Below the pieces are notes generated by a model. The model searched no databases, was not told the origin of the DNA, and saw nothing but the letters and a program-made list of their open reading frames with translations. A stretch of DNA of 61,941 nt, filler included, from Eubacteriales bacterium (GTDB lineage Bacteria; Bacillota; Clostridia; Oscillospirales; CAG-382): the NCBI GenBank assembly GCA_045636665.1. It is 6 parts of 6 records of this genome, joined end to end, with 100 filler letters (N's around TTAATTAATTAA, not from the genome) between each part and the next. Parts side by side here need not be neighbours in the genome. Positions count along the whole stretch, not along the records: positions 25,790 to 40,085 come from JAZTXY010000128.1; positions 40,186 to 44,657 come from JAZTXY010000129.1; positions 44,758 to 58,606 come from JAZTXY010000132.1; 3 more parts are not named here. One strand, given 5' to 3'. The position numbers were made by a program, and so were the translations under genes. Below are positions 39,250-50,200 of the stretch, piece by piece. Each line of letters opens with the position of its first letter. The first letter of the stretch is position 1.

Positions 39250-40084
39250 TTGCACCTCTGAGGGTATAAACAAGTTCGGGGGTAACGGTTTTTGCAAATT
39301 CGATGACCTCGTCACGGGTTACCGACAAAATAAGCTCGATATTTTGTTCAACTGTCGTTGCATCCTTGTTGAGTATCTGCGAGAGCAGATAGCCGTTTAT
39401 CGAATTAAGGTCGGCTTCAAAGCTTTTAAGCGCGCGGATTATCGAATTTTTCGCATTGGTAAGATCATCCTCGCTGAAGTTGCCGATTTTCATTTCGTTA
39501 ACCTCGTTGAAAATGGCGTCGGTCGCTTTGTCCTCGACACCCTGCTCAAGTCCGCACGAAACGAAGATGATGTTTTTCCTTGCCGCAGGATATGACGAGC
39601 AGTAATAGCAAAGCCCTTCCTTTTCGCGTACGTTCATAAAAAGCTTGCTTGCGGGCGAGCCACCGAAAATTTCGTCGTAAACGGTAAGGATGGCGCGTTT
39701 TTTGGCTGTGTTTGCCACTTCGGTCGTAAATCCGAGAATAAGAACGGTTTGTTCCATTTCCATTTCCTCGGAAACGCGCAAAAGCTCTCCGCAATGGTTG
39801 TGAATAACCGATTCGGGAAGCTTGTTTTCACGCGGCTTGAATCGGAGATGCGCATTAACGCATTCCTGCACGTATTCAAAATCCGCTTCGCCTGCGTAGG
39901 TGATAAAAACGGGCGCGTTATCGATTATATGGCGGTGGAACTTAACAAGCTCCTCGCCGTCGAGCGTAACACTTCCGTCGCGGCTAAGCTTATCCTCGGG
40001 AACGTGGCAGTAATCTGCAATGTACGGGATTTCCGCACCGGTGTCAAATGACAAGGCACAGGGCGTGTCAGCCGAGATTTTCAT
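39242..40084 (-). CDS. M16 family partner subunit (YmfF-like), 5'-truncated
   Basis: FGGSPASKLFMNVREKEGLCYY; overlaps the M16 gene. Confidence 0.85.
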   Translation of the reverse strand: MKISADTPCALSFDTGAEIPYIADYCHVPEDKLSRDGSVTLDGEELVKFHRHIIDNAPVFITYAGEADFEYVQECVNAHLRFKPRENKLPESVIHNHCGELLRVSEEMEMEQTVLILGFTTEVANTAKKRAILTVYDEIFGGSPASKLFMNVREKEGLCYYCSSYPAARKNIIFVSCGLEQGVEDKATDAIFNEVNEMKIGNFSEDDLTNAKNSIIRALKSFEADLNSINGYLLSQILNKDATTVEQNIELILSVTRDEVIEFAKTVTPELVYTLRGANE

Positions 40085-40085
40085 A

Positions 40086-40185
40086 NNNNNNNNNNNNNNN
40101 NNNNNNNNNNNNNNNNNNNNNNNNNNNNNTTAATTAATTAANNNNNNNNNNNNNNNNNNNNNNNNNNNNNNNNNNNNNNNNNNNN
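40086..40185. other. Artificial contig linker
   Basis: N44-TTAATTAATTAA-N44. Confidence 0.98.
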
Positions 40186-40186
40186 T

Positions 40187-40315
40187 ATGGGCACCTTGGA
40201 CCTTACCGACGCACAGCAAAAGGCTGCTGACGTTAACGGCAAGGACGGCGTTGAAAAGTATGACTACATTCTTATCAAGCGCCACGTTATGGGCACCTAC
40301 ACCATCGGCGAATAA
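40187..40315 (+). CDS. 3' end of a protein with a C-terminal dockerin domain (not in the ORF track)
   Basis: Hand translation MGTLDLTDAQQKAADVNGKDGVEKYDYILIKRHVMGTYTIGE* matches a second dockerin repeat. Confidence 0.75.
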   Translation: MGTLDLTDAQQKAADVNGKDGVEKYDYILIKRHVMGTYTIGE

Positions 40316-40329
40316 TCAAAAGGCATCAA

Positions 40330-40358
40330 AAAAGGACTTGCGCTACGCAAGTCCTTTT
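40330..40358. terminator. Bidirectional terminator
   Basis: AAAAGGACTTGCG-cta-CGCAAGTCCTTTT. Confidence 0.85.
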
Positions 40359-40372
40359 GTTTTGTTGTAAGC

Positions 40373-41758
40373 TTAACGATTTTTATATTCGGGGCGTTTG
40401 AATTCAAATATCGCAAAAACCACCGCAAGCAGGAATGCAAGGAAATCGGTTATCGGTGCGGCATAAAGCACACCGTCGAGTCCCAAAAACAAGGGGATGA
40501 TCAAAAGCAACGGAACGATAAGCAAAACCTGACGGGTAAGCGAAAGTATTACGCCGCGCGTCGGCTTTCCGATTGCCGAGAAGAAGTTTGAAATAGTCAT
40601 CTGCACACCCGTTGCAGGAACCATAAGCAGGAATATTCTAATCGTCTTAACGGCAAATTCCTCGTAAAACACATCGCCTGCGCCGAACATTCCGACAATA
40701 TATTCGGGGAAGATTTGGAAGCAAATTATGCCGACCGTGGCAATGGCTCCGCAAAAACCCGAGGCAATCAAGCAAACCCTTTTAACACGGTCGAACCTTT
40801 TCGCGCCGTAGTTAAAGCCTGCAATCGGTTGCATACCCTGCGCCATACCGACAAACACCGAAATGATTATCGAATTGACCTTCATAACAACACCGAACGC
40901 GGCAAGCGGAGTGTCCCAATCGGCTTGAGCCAATTCCTTCATCGCATAGGTCGTAAGCTGAGCATTCATAACGATTTGAACCAAGCAAATCGCAAGCTGG
41001 TTAACGCAGTTGCTCATACCGAGCGAGGCGATGTTAAGCATCTTGCGCGGTTGAAGCTCAAACGTGCTTTTGCCGATCTTAACCGCCGAAAAGCGTCTTA
41101 AATACGTCAAAGCGATCACGCACGAAATAAGCTGTGAAATAGCGGTTGCCGCCGCGGCACCCGACATACCCCAATCAAAGCCCCAGTCGCAAACGAAAAG
41201 CGCGTCAAGACCGATATTTATCACAGCACCGACAACCATACAAACCATCGAAAACTTGGGAGAGCCGTCGGCACGGATAAAGTTGCTCATTACGTTTGAA
41301 ATAATAAGAAACGGCATCGCAGGGATGATGAAATTCGAATATTCCATCGCAAGACGAAGCGTTTCACCGCTTCCGCCGAAAAGCGTAAGCAATTGCTCAC
41401 TGAAAACAAAGGCAAGCACCGAATATGCAATACTTAAAATAGCGGCAAACGTCAGCGCGTTGCCGATGCACTTCCCTGCCTCCTCCTTGTCGCCCTTGCC
41501 AAGCTCGATCGAAAAGCGCGAAGCGCCGCCCACACCTGCAAGCACCGAAATGGCAATGCATATCGTCGTAAGAGGAAACGCAACCGTCGTAGCGGCATTA
41601 CCGAGCTTGCCGACGTAGTTTCCGATAAACATCTGGTCAACTATGTTGTAAAGCGAGCTGACAAGCATCGCAACGATACTCGGAAGCGCAAAGCTGCGTA
41701 AAAGCTTCGATATCTTCTCGTATCCAAGCGGATTTTCTCGTGTGTTTTGATTAGTCAT
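40373..41758 (-). CDS. MATE family efflux transporter
   Basis: LYNIVDQMFIG, IRADGSP, GAAAAT, QPIAGFNYGA; about 12 TM; GGAG RBS at the chosen start. Confidence 0.93.
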   Translation of the reverse strand: MTNQNTRENPLGYEKISKLLRSFALPSIVAMLVSSLYNIVDQMFIGNYVGKLGNAATTVAFPLTTICIAISVLAGVGGASRFSIELGKGDKEEAGKCIGNALTFAAILSIAYSVLAFVFSEQLLTLFGGSGETLRLAMEYSNFIIPAMPFLIISNVMSNFIRADGSPKFSMVCMVVGAVINIGLDALFVCDWGFDWGMSGAAAATAISQLISCVIALTYLRRFSAVKIGKSTFELQPRKMLNIASLGMSNCVNQLAICLVQIVMNAQLTTYAMKELAQADWDTPLAAFGVVMKVNSIIISVFVGMAQGMQPIAGFNYGAKRFDRVKRVCLIASGFCGAIATVGIICFQIFPEYIVGMFGAGDVFYEEFAVKTIRIFLLMVPATGVQMTISNFFSAIGKPTRGVILSLTRQVLLIVPLLLIIPLFLGLDGVLYAAPITDFLAFLLAVVFAIFEFKRPEYKNR

Positions 41759-41954
41759 GAATATTTCTCCAAAAACGTTTGTGCTTTCATTTTTGCAATA
41801 CCCGACTATTCTATCACAAAATTCGACAAAAATAAAGAAAAAGTTATAATAAAATAGTAACGAAAATTTATATAATTCTCTATTGCGTTTTTGGCAAATA
41901 AGAGTTATAATGTTTTCGTATGTATTCTCATAAGCAAAGGAAAGGAGCATTTTT

Positions 41955-42332
41955 ATGCGCAGAGCGATAATATTCCTTATCTTACTTGCAATAATGTGCG
42001 CTATCGCATTCGTTAGCTTTACCGCATACAACAATCACGACCAAGTTGCCGAACTGAACGAGCTGAGCTCCAACTCGCGCGTTCTTGATTCAAACGGTAA
42101 TTTCAGCGGCAGGTTCAGAACGAATGATGAAATGCTCGCAATAAAAGATTTCACCTATGAGGTTGTCGATGACGACCTTCATATAACCATCTTCGTCGGT
42201 TTCGGCGGAGCTGCAATGGAAACCGATGACGAAGGCTACGTTGTAATCGAAATCAGCGACCTGCCCGAAATCGATAAGGTCTATTACGTCAACGGCGATT
42301 CAAAATCGGTTTTAACCACCGACCGCAAATAA
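41955..42332 (+). CDS. Hypothetical exported protein
   Basis: N-terminal signal/TM; AAGGAG RBS. Confidence 0.7.
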   Translation: MRRAIIFLILLAIMCAIAFVSFTAYNNHDQVAELNELSSNSRVLDSNGNFSGRFRTNDEMLAIKDFTYEVVDDDLHITIFVGFGGAAMETDDEGYVVIEISDLPEIDKVYYVNGDSKSVLTTDRK

Positions 42333-42350
42333 CAGAGAGGAAAATAAACA

Positions 42351-42926
42351 ATGAAAAAGCTTTTAATATTAACACTCACCGTAATTATGACGTTTACATT
42401 TTGCTCTTGCTCAAGCTCGAGCGATGAAGTAATCGTAGGCGACGGACTTAAGCTCGCAGGCTTTGACGCAGGCAACAAAGCGGTTGAATACAGCTTTACC
42501 TACCCCGAGCTTTGGTCGATGATCCGTAACGACGGCGTTATCGAAATCCAATTCGACTGTGACGATTCCGCAATGTACGCAAAATATGCAACCTTGTCCG
42601 TTCTTACCTTCGGTCTTTCCGACGTTTCGCAAACCGCAAAAGCTTATTGGGCAGAACGCGAAAATCAGCTTCAAGGCATTTATACCGATTACAAACTGCT
42701 CGACAGCGAAGAATATGCCGAAGCCGATAAGTATCTTCACGACGTACCCGCTTTAAAGGTTAAATATTCGGGCAAGCTCAATAACATAACCTATATTAAC
42801 GAGCAAATCGTTGCCTGCCGCTACGGCAAGGCTTACCTTATCACCTTGGTTGTTCCCGAAGAACATTACGAAAAGGTCGAAACCGTTATGAGCGTCGTTA
42901 AGAAGGATTTCAAATTCGCCGAATAA
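42351..42926 (+). CDS. Lipoprotein, possibly PsbP/DcrB-like fold
   Basis: FCSC lipobox; YSFTYPELW...KAYLITL pattern. Confidence 0.65.
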   Translation: MKKLLILTLTVIMTFTFCSCSSSSDEVIVGDGLKLAGFDAGNKAVEYSFTYPELWSMIRNDGVIEIQFDCDDSAMYAKYATLSVLTFGLSDVSQTAKAYWAERENQLQGIYTDYKLLDSEEYAEADKYLHDVPALKVKYSGKLNNITYINEQIVACRYGKAYLITLVVPEEHYEKVETVMSVVKKDFKFAE

Positions 42927-42982
42927 TTTTAAATTTTACGCATCAAAAAAGAGCCGCAACGCGACTCTTTTTTTGTTTTAAT

Positions 42983-44545
42983 TTATTCCGCAACACCGTT
43001 CTTTGCGGCTTCGAAATCTTCTTCAACCTCCTTGCTCGGCTTCTTTGTAAGAAGCGAAACTGCAACGATACAAATGCACGAGAAGATAAACGCGGGAAGA
43101 AGCTCGTAAATACCGAAAACGCCGCCCATGGGCTTAAGCACGAGCTTCCAAAGGAAGACCAAGCCACCGCCGCCGAGCATACCTGCAATCGCGCCTGCGC
43201 GCGTTGTACGCTTCCAGAACAGCGAGAAGAGAACGAGCGGACCGAAGGTCGCGCCGAATCCTGCCCAAGCAAACGAAACGATTTGGAAAATAACGCTGTT
43301 TTCATCGATAGCGATGATAACGCCGATAATCGAAAGAACCAACAAGGTTATACGCGACATAACCATTACCTGCTTATCGGTCGCATTCTTTTTGCAAACG
43401 CCTTGGAAAATATTCTTTGCAAACGCGGAAGCGGCGATAAGAAGATAAGAGTCGGACGAGCTCATCGTTGCGGCAAGGATACCTGCCATAACAAATCCGG
43501 CAAGCACTGCGGGGAGCAAGCCCGTGGAAAGTGTGATAAAGATATTTTCGGAAGCCGCCGAGGTAAGATGCGCGGTCGGTTCGAGCGTTCTGCCGATAAG
43601 ACCGATAAATACAGCGACTGCAAGCGAAATAACAACCCAAACCATCGCAATACGGCGCGAACGCTTCAATTCGCCTTCCTTGCGGATAGCCATAAAGCGA
43701 AGAAGAACCTGAGGCATACCGAAGTAACCCAAGCCCCAAGCAAGAGTCGAGCAAACGGTAAGCAAGCCGTATTCGGCAGCTACACCGAATTGAGGGATGC
43801 CGTCAACAACGACCTGCGCGCCGTCGGCGCCAAGCTCGGGAGAAGCAAGTCCGAAGAATTCAAGGAAGCCGGGGATATTTTGCGAGTTTTCGATAACCGC
43901 ACCGATACCGCCTGCGCTGATAGTACCGAGAATCACGATAACCGCAAGCGCAACAATCATAATGATTGCCTGAACAAAGTCGGAAATACTTTCGGCAAGG
44001 AAGCCGCCGAGCAAGGTGTAAGCAAGCACGAAAACCGCGCCGATAATCATCATAACAACGTAATCTGCGCCGAACAAAGCCGAGAAAAGCTTACCGCAGG
44101 TTACAAAGCAGCTTGCCGCGTAAACGGTGAAGAACACAAGAATGAAAACTGCGGAAATCGAAAGAATAACCTTCTTCTTTTCGCGGAAACGGTTCGAGAA
44201 AAATTCGGGCAAGGTGATCGCGTTAGTACGAATACTGTAACGTCTTAAACGCTTGGAAACGATAAGCCAGTTGACGTAAGTGCCTATTGCAAGACCGATT
44301 GCAGTCCAAGCCGCATCGGCAATACCGCACCAATAAGCAACACCGGGCAAGCCCATAAGCAACCAGCCCGACATATCCGAAGCCTCGGCGCTCATCGCCG
44401 TGACCCAAGGTCCAAGCGATCTGCCGCCAAGGAAATAATCCTCGGAGCTGCGGTTTGCGCGTTTGGAATAAAAAACGCCGATAAGTACAACGGCGGCCAT
44501 GTAAAAGCACATGGCAATAAGAATTTGTATCTGTTCGCTCGTCAT
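42983..44545 (-). CDS. putP: Sodium/proline symporter
   Basis: YFLGGR, SAEASDMSGWLLMGLPG, WGLGYFGMPQVLLRFMA, FAWAGFGATFGP. Confidence 0.93.
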   Translation of the reverse strand: MTSEQIQILIAMCFYMAAVVLIGVFYSKRANRSSEDYFLGGRSLGPWVTAMSAEASDMSGWLLMGLPGVAYWCGIADAAWTAIGLAIGTYVNWLIVSKRLRRYSIRTNAITLPEFFSNRFREKKKVILSISAVFILVFFTVYAASCFVTCGKLFSALFGADYVVMMIIGAVFVLAYTLLGGFLAESISDFVQAIIMIVALAVIVILGTISAGGIGAVIENSQNIPGFLEFFGLASPELGADGAQVVVDGIPQFGVAAEYGLLTVCSTLAWGLGYFGMPQVLLRFMAIRKEGELKRSRRIAMVWVVISLAVAVFIGLIGRTLEPTAHLTSAASENIFITLSTGLLPAVLAGFVMAGILAATMSSSDSYLLIAASAFAKNIFQGVCKKNATDKQVMVMSRITLLVLSIIGVIIAIDENSVIFQIVSFAWAGFGATFGPLVLFSLFWKRTTRAGAIAGMLGGGGLVFLWKLVLKPMGGVFGIYELLPAFIFSCICIVAVSLLTKKPSKEVEEDFEAAKNGVAE

Positions 44546-44657
44546 AAAAAAGTCCTTTCTTAAACAAGTGATTGGATATATTGTTTTAATTGTACCACAC
44601 TATCGCGTTAAAGTCAACTGTTTTGCAGGATTTTTGTCGGGAAAAGAAAAAAGCACC

Positions 44658-44757
44658 NNNNNNNNNNNNNNNNNNNNNNNNNNNNNNNNNNNNNNNNNNN
44701 NTTAATTAATTAANNNNNNNNNNNNNNNNNNNNNNNNNNNNNNNNNNNNNNNNNNNN
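44658..44757. other. Artificial contig linker
   Basis: N44-TTAATTAATTAA-N44. Confidence 0.98.
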
Positions 44758-44948
44758 GTGCTTTCTGCGCAGATAAAATTGATTACATCGACTATAAGGA
44801 AACCAGACGTTTCGTTAAGAATCTTTCCGAACGTTATAAGATTCTTCCCCGTCGCGTAACCGGTACTTGCGCTCGTCATCAAAGACAGCTCACCATCGCT
44901 GTTAAGAGAGCAAGGCACCTCGCGCTTATCCCTTATATCACCGACTAA
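44758..44948 (+). CDS. rpsR: 30S ribosomal protein S18, 5'-truncated (not in the ORF track)
   Basis: Hand translation [13 protein letters not shown]...[33 protein letters not shown]. Confidence 0.95.
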
Positions 44949-44956
44949 ATAATCCA

Positions 44957-44989
44957 TGCGGACAACCGATTGGTTGTCCGCACTTTTTT
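44957..44989 (+). terminator. Terminator after rpsR
   Basis: TGCGGACAACC-gatt-GGTTGTCCGCA followed by a T-run. Confidence 0.85.
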
Positions 44990-44997
44990 GAGGCAAT

Positions 44998-45789
44998 ATG
45001 TTTAATATAATTAAGGATATATTCAAATCGGAAGGAATCGACAATATCGGAATGATTCCTTTAAAAGAATGCGAAATAATCAACGAACGAATTTTACCAA
45101 AAGATGCAAAAAGCGTAATCGTGTTTTCAATTCCCTATCGCTCTACAAAAGCACAGTCTAACGACGGATTTTCCGAATATGCAAGAATATATGATTATCA
45201 TAAATTCGCACAAGAGCTTTACGAGCGCATAATATCTTTGATGAAGGAAAAAACAGGATTTAATTTTTACGGTTTTTGCGACCATTCACCGATTAACGAA
45301 AAGCTTGCGATCGCAAAATGCGGACTTGGGGTTATCGGCAGAAACTCGCTTTTTATTGATAAAAAATACGGTTCTTTTGTATTTATCGGTTCAATTCTTA
45401 CCGACGCGGAATGCCCCGTTTATGATTTTAAAATAAACTCTTGCATTAACTGCGAAAAATGCATAAACGCTTGCCCCAACAATGCCATAACAAGCCGCGG
45501 AATCGATCGCACAAAATGCTTGTCTGCTATATCTCAAAAGAAAAACAAAACAGATGATGAAAAAGCAATGCTCAGACTACACAACATAGTCTGGGGATGC
45601 GATATTTGCCAATTAGCGTGTCCATATAACGAACAAGCTACCATATCACCCATTAAACAGCTTTCCCAAACACGAGTCGATAATATAGATAAAGCTTTTA
45701 TCGATTCATTAAGTGACGAAGACTTTAATAAATTTGCATTTTCTTACAAAGGCAAAAAAATCATAACGGATAATATTGAGTTCAAGTAA
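44998..45789 (+). CDS. queG: Epoxyqueuosine reductase QueG-like
   Basis: YARIYDYH, GLGVIGRN, YGSFVFIG, CxxCxxCxxxCP, WGCDICQLACP. Confidence 0.8.
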   Translation: MFNIIKDIFKSEGIDNIGMIPLKECEIINERILPKDAKSVIVFSIPYRSTKAQSNDGFSEYARIYDYHKFAQELYERIISLMKEKTGFNFYGFCDHSPINEKLAIAKCGLGVIGRNSLFIDKKYGSFVFIGSILTDAECPVYDFKINSCINCEKCINACPNNAITSRGIDRTKCLSAISQKKNKTDDEKAMLRLHNIVWGCDICQLACPYNEQATISPIKQLSQTRVDNIDKAFIDSLSDEDFNKFAFSYKGKKIITDNIEFK

Positions 45790-45849
45790 TGCTTGACTAC
45801 AATCGTATCTAATGATATAATATTAAAAATCCCAATTGGAGTATATATT

Positions 45850-46413
45850 ATGAACGTTAACGAACAAATTAAGCAAATCGCCAATAGAATCAAATACCTT
45901 CGCGATGCCGTTGATATGACAGAAAACGAAGTTGCAAATGCTTTGGGTATCACGGTTGATGAATACGCACAATATGAAAACGGCGAAAAGGATATTCCTA
46001 TAAGCATAATATATTCCACTGCCGCTGCATTGGGTGTTGACCCGACCGAATTAATACTTGGCGAAGCTCCTCGTATGGCAGAATATTGCATCACTCGCAA
46101 AAACGCAGGCATTATGATCGAACGTTACCCCGGCTATTCATTCGAAGCGCTTGCGCACAATTTTATCGGCAGAGATAAGGAACCGATGATTGTCACGCTT
46201 TCCTCATCGCAAGAACGCGCAGCGTTGGTTTCCCACGGCGGACAAGAATTCAATTACGTTCTTGAAGGCACTATCGGCATCACACTCGGAAGCAGAACAT
46301 TTGAATTAAACGCCGGCGATTCTGTGTATTTTTCTCCTTCTATTCCCCACGGACAATTTGCAATAACCGAAACTGCAAAATTCCTCACGATAATTGATAA
46401 AGAAAATGGCTGA
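45850..46413 (+). CDS. XRE-HTH plus cupin transcriptional regulator
   Basis: N-terminal HTH; HGGQEFNYVLEG...GDSVYF...PHG. Confidence 0.9.
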   Translation: MNVNEQIKQIANRIKYLRDAVDMTENEVANALGITVDEYAQYENGEKDIPISIIYSTAAALGVDPTELILGEAPRMAEYCITRKNAGIMIERYPGYSFEALAHNFIGRDKEPMIVTLSSSQERAALVSHGGQEFNYVLEGTIGITLGSRTFELNAGDSVYFSPSIPHGQFAITETAKFLTIIDKENG

Positions 46414-47230
46414 TTTTAAAAAGAAAAAGCAATACGGTCAAAACTTTTTGACCAACGTTGCGATACCAAAAAGAATAGCTGCCGAAAGCGGCATAACTTC
46501 CGAGGATTGTGTTATCGAGGTAGGGCCGGGTTTCGGAATCCTCACACGTGAGCTGTCTGCAATTGCGCACAAGGTTGTTGCTATTGAAATCGACACTGAA
46601 TTGATGGATATATTACCCCAAAAACTTGCAGACTGCGACAATGTAAAGGTTATCAACGCAGATATTCTCAAAATTGATGTTGACGAACTTATAAGAAACG
46701 AATTTGATGGCAGAAGCGTGTGCGTTTGCGCCAATCTTCCCTATTATATAACGACTGATATCGTTATGAAGCTGTTGGAAGGTAATTTTGGTTTCAAAAC
46801 AATCACTGTTATGGTTCAAAAAGAGGTCGCTGAACGCTTTTGCTCACCTGCAGGCACAGACGGTTACGGAGCGATAACCGCTTCTATCAATTACTATGCA
46901 TCTGTAAAGCGTTTATTTACGGTAAAAGCAGGATCATTCGATCCCAAACCGAAGGTCGATAGTGCGGTAATTCGTTTCGATTTGCACAAAGAACCGCCCG
47001 TTGCGCCCAAAGATAAAAAGCTCTTTTTTGACGTTATCAAGGCCGCTTTTTCTCAACGAAGAAAAACGCTTTCGAATGCATTGATTTCATCCTTCGGTTC
47101 AAAACTCACCAAACAAGATTGCAATGAAATCATTGTCAATTGCGGTTTTTCCGAAACAGTACGCGGTGAAGAATTGGATATCGTTGCTTTTTCAAAGATC
47201 GCAGATTCAATTTTCGATCGCATAAAGTAA
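46406..47230 (+). CDS. rsmA: 16S rRNA adenine dimethyltransferase
   Basis: GQNFL, IEVGPGFG, ANLPYYIT, MVQKEVA, PKVDSAV, FSQRRKTL. Confidence 0.96.
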   Translation: MADFKKKKQYGQNFLTNVAIPKRIAAESGITSEDCVIEVGPGFGILTRELSAIAHKVVAIEIDTELMDILPQKLADCDNVKVINADILKIDVDELIRNEFDGRSVCVCANLPYYITTDIVMKLLEGNFGFKTITVMVQKEVAERFCSPAGTDGYGAITASINYYASVKRLFTVKAGSFDPKPKVDSAVIRFDLHKEPPVAPKDKKLFFDVIKAAFSQRRKTLSNALISSFGSKLTKQDCNEIIVNCGFSETVRGEELDIVAFSKIADSIFDRIK

Positions 47231-47242
47231 ACACATCAAATT

Positions 47243-47274
47243 AAAAGACCGTATCGATTTGATACGGTCTTTTT
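47243..47274. terminator. Bidirectional terminator
   Basis: AAAAGACCGTATC-gattt-GATACGGTCTTTT. Confidence 0.85.
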
Positions 47275-47275
47275 G

Positions 47276-50200
47276 TTATTTTCTCGTGTTAAGACGAAGC
47301 GCAGAGATTTTAAGCCAATATTCAAGCACTTCGAACTCGGAAATTATCGAATCGGTTTCATTATTCTCGCCGCATTTGCTTAAAACGTTTGTTTTTGCAG
47401 AAGCGAGCTTTGTCATTGCTTTATTACACCAATCGATTTTCTGAGACACGGTTGAATTATCAACGTCAAAATCATTCGAGAATTTGATTATATCATCGCA
47501 TTGAGATTTGATATAGTCAATATCCTCTGCGTTAAGTGTTTGATAAAACGGCGACAGATTATCCGCTTTTGCCTTAATATATTCCATTTGAGCGGATGCT
47601 GTTAACGACAACTTGTTGATTTGAACCGCAGGTGCGCGGAAAGCGCCCTCGGTAATAGGTTTGTAGTAAGAACCGGGAGTAATTGATGATAGCGAGAAAA
47701 TCGATACACCGTCGGCACCCTTGTTTACAACCTCATCAAGTTGGCTTGCAAAATTCTTATCTGTAGTTTCGAGGAAAGCCGCAATACCTGCCGAATAGAA
47801 AACCTTATCCTCTGTAATGGAGTTATAGCTCTTAACGCTTGGCGTTACAGAAGTATTATCAACTCCGTATGACATCGAAAACACTTCATCGAGATATCCC
47901 TTGTTTATAATGCTGCGAACATCCTGGAAAATATCGTTTTTAGCCATATTAAGATCGGGATATGTCGCTGCCGACAACCAAAGCTCGGGGTTGTTCTTTC
48001 GAACCATATCATAAACCTCACCTACAAAGCCGGTTATGATATTGCATCTGAATTCCACCCATTTTTGATGTTCTGCAGAATTCTTTATAAACGTCGACGG
48101 GGCTTTGGTAATACCCGTTTCTTTGGCAAATGCATCAATAATATCTTGGTTATATCCGAAATCATCGGTGCCGTAATTTAATTCGGGCATTCTCACGTAG
48201 TCAAGATGCAAGCCATCAAGCTTATAATTTGTTATAAGCTGCTCGTAAATATTTAATATAAGATCACGGCATTCTCTGTCGTACGGATTAAGGAAGACAA
48301 AGTAATTATTGTTTGCGGTATAATAAAAATGTTCTCTTCCCTTAATATCGATCAAATATTTGTCTTTATACTCATCAAACGTCGGATTATAATAATGATT
48401 TCCGTCTTTATAAAAATATCCTACGAAAAAGTTGTGAACCCACGCGTGAACTTCAATACCATACTCGTGACCGATTCTGATAAAGCCTTCAAGAGCATCA
48501 TAAGTGCCGTTGTTAGGATGTTTTGCAATCCCCTCAACATCAACCTTAGAGCCTATACAATATCCCTCATACCAAGTTTCAAGGTACAGAGAGTTGATAT
48601 TAAGTTCCTTTAATTTTTGAACGGTGGCTCTAACCTCGTCATCGCTTTTTTCGGTACTGCGATACCAAACAGCGCGATTTTCGACTCCGTTTGATTCATA
48701 AAAGGAATACTGAAGCTTTTCACAAGTAGAAATGACCGATTCTGCTTTTGCAAGCGCAGTTTCAAAATCATACGAATCAAACGCCGCTTCAGCTTCATCA
48801 ATAACGTTATCCATAAGAGCGAATTGTTCGGAGATGCCGTTATAATCAAGATTCAAAAACACTTTTTTTGCCGAATCCAATTTGTCGCTTACCAAGGCAA
48901 AATCGTGTTTTGCATTTTCCAAACGCTGTTTGGGTGTTTTTATAAGTGCAACAGTGTTATTTTTAGCATCAAAAACTACGTCCTGACCGATTACAAACGC
49001 TTCTTCAAGAGCGGTTTTATTAACACCATGACCCGACAAAACAAATCCATCCTTGGGAATTGCCATATTTCCGCTATAACCGTCCAAAACAGCGATTCCG
49101 TTTTCATCGATAGCAATTTCGTATCCGTAAGGATTTGTCTGAGTAGAGGGCTTATCTTTATACAAAATCAGAGTGTTTTCATTTCTAACCGAATTAATCC
49201 CGTTAATTTTGAGAACCTTAATATCGTAAACACCGCCTGCATAGCCAATCGTAGCGGAATCGCCAACCTTAACGTTTTTGACAGTCTTATAGTATTCCGA
49301 ATCTTTATGGATGCTTAAAACAAATCCGTTTTGAGGAATTTGGCTGTCGCCTTTACCAATATTGATACTCGATACCTTTCCGTCAACAACGACAATTTCG
49401 CTTCCGTAAATATTCGAACCGGTTGTCTTGCCGTACTCGGGTGTATAGATAACCGAAACACCCTCTGGAGCGCGAACACCGTTTTGAAAATCAAATCCAA
49501 AATACTTACCGTTAATTTCAACGTACTTTTCCGGTATGGAAAAATAATCAATATAACAGGTGTTAATTGTTTTACCTATTTCAAACTCGCCTATATTTGC
49601 AGCCGCTTTATCTCCGACAAGCGTAATGACAAAACCGTTGCCTTCGGGAATAAGCGACCTTTCGTTTTCATTGGCAATCGAAACTACATAATCGTTGACA
49701 ATAACAACGTCGATACGTTTTGAATCAATCTTGGGCGTTACCGAAGACGAATATTCACTATCGAAAACGTAAATACCGTCATTTTTAATTTCAGAAGCAT
49801 TAAGATTTTCTTTATTAAGTTCAACTGCACCGTTTTTCAAAACGATTGCAGGATTATCGCTATAGGAATTGCACTTATCCAAATTAGAAATAGTAATCAT
49901 TTCGGCTTTCTTAAAATAATATTCGGCAAAGGATATGTTGTATTCACCGGTAAAGACAAATACCGCTTCCCCTTTTTTTGCCGCCTCTATTCTGTCTTTC
50001 TTTTCTATAGACAAAATTTCACAGCTATAATTAGTTAAAAGCTTTGCGGTAATAGTAATATTATCAACTGCAATATCTTCACCTCGGAAGTTATTGGTTA
50101 TGTAATAGATCTTATCATCCGTAAAGCCGTAAGCAGGGTCAACCAAACCAACGCGCCTTGTAGCGGTGGACATTAAATAGTCGGGCGAAATCGTGGCAAG

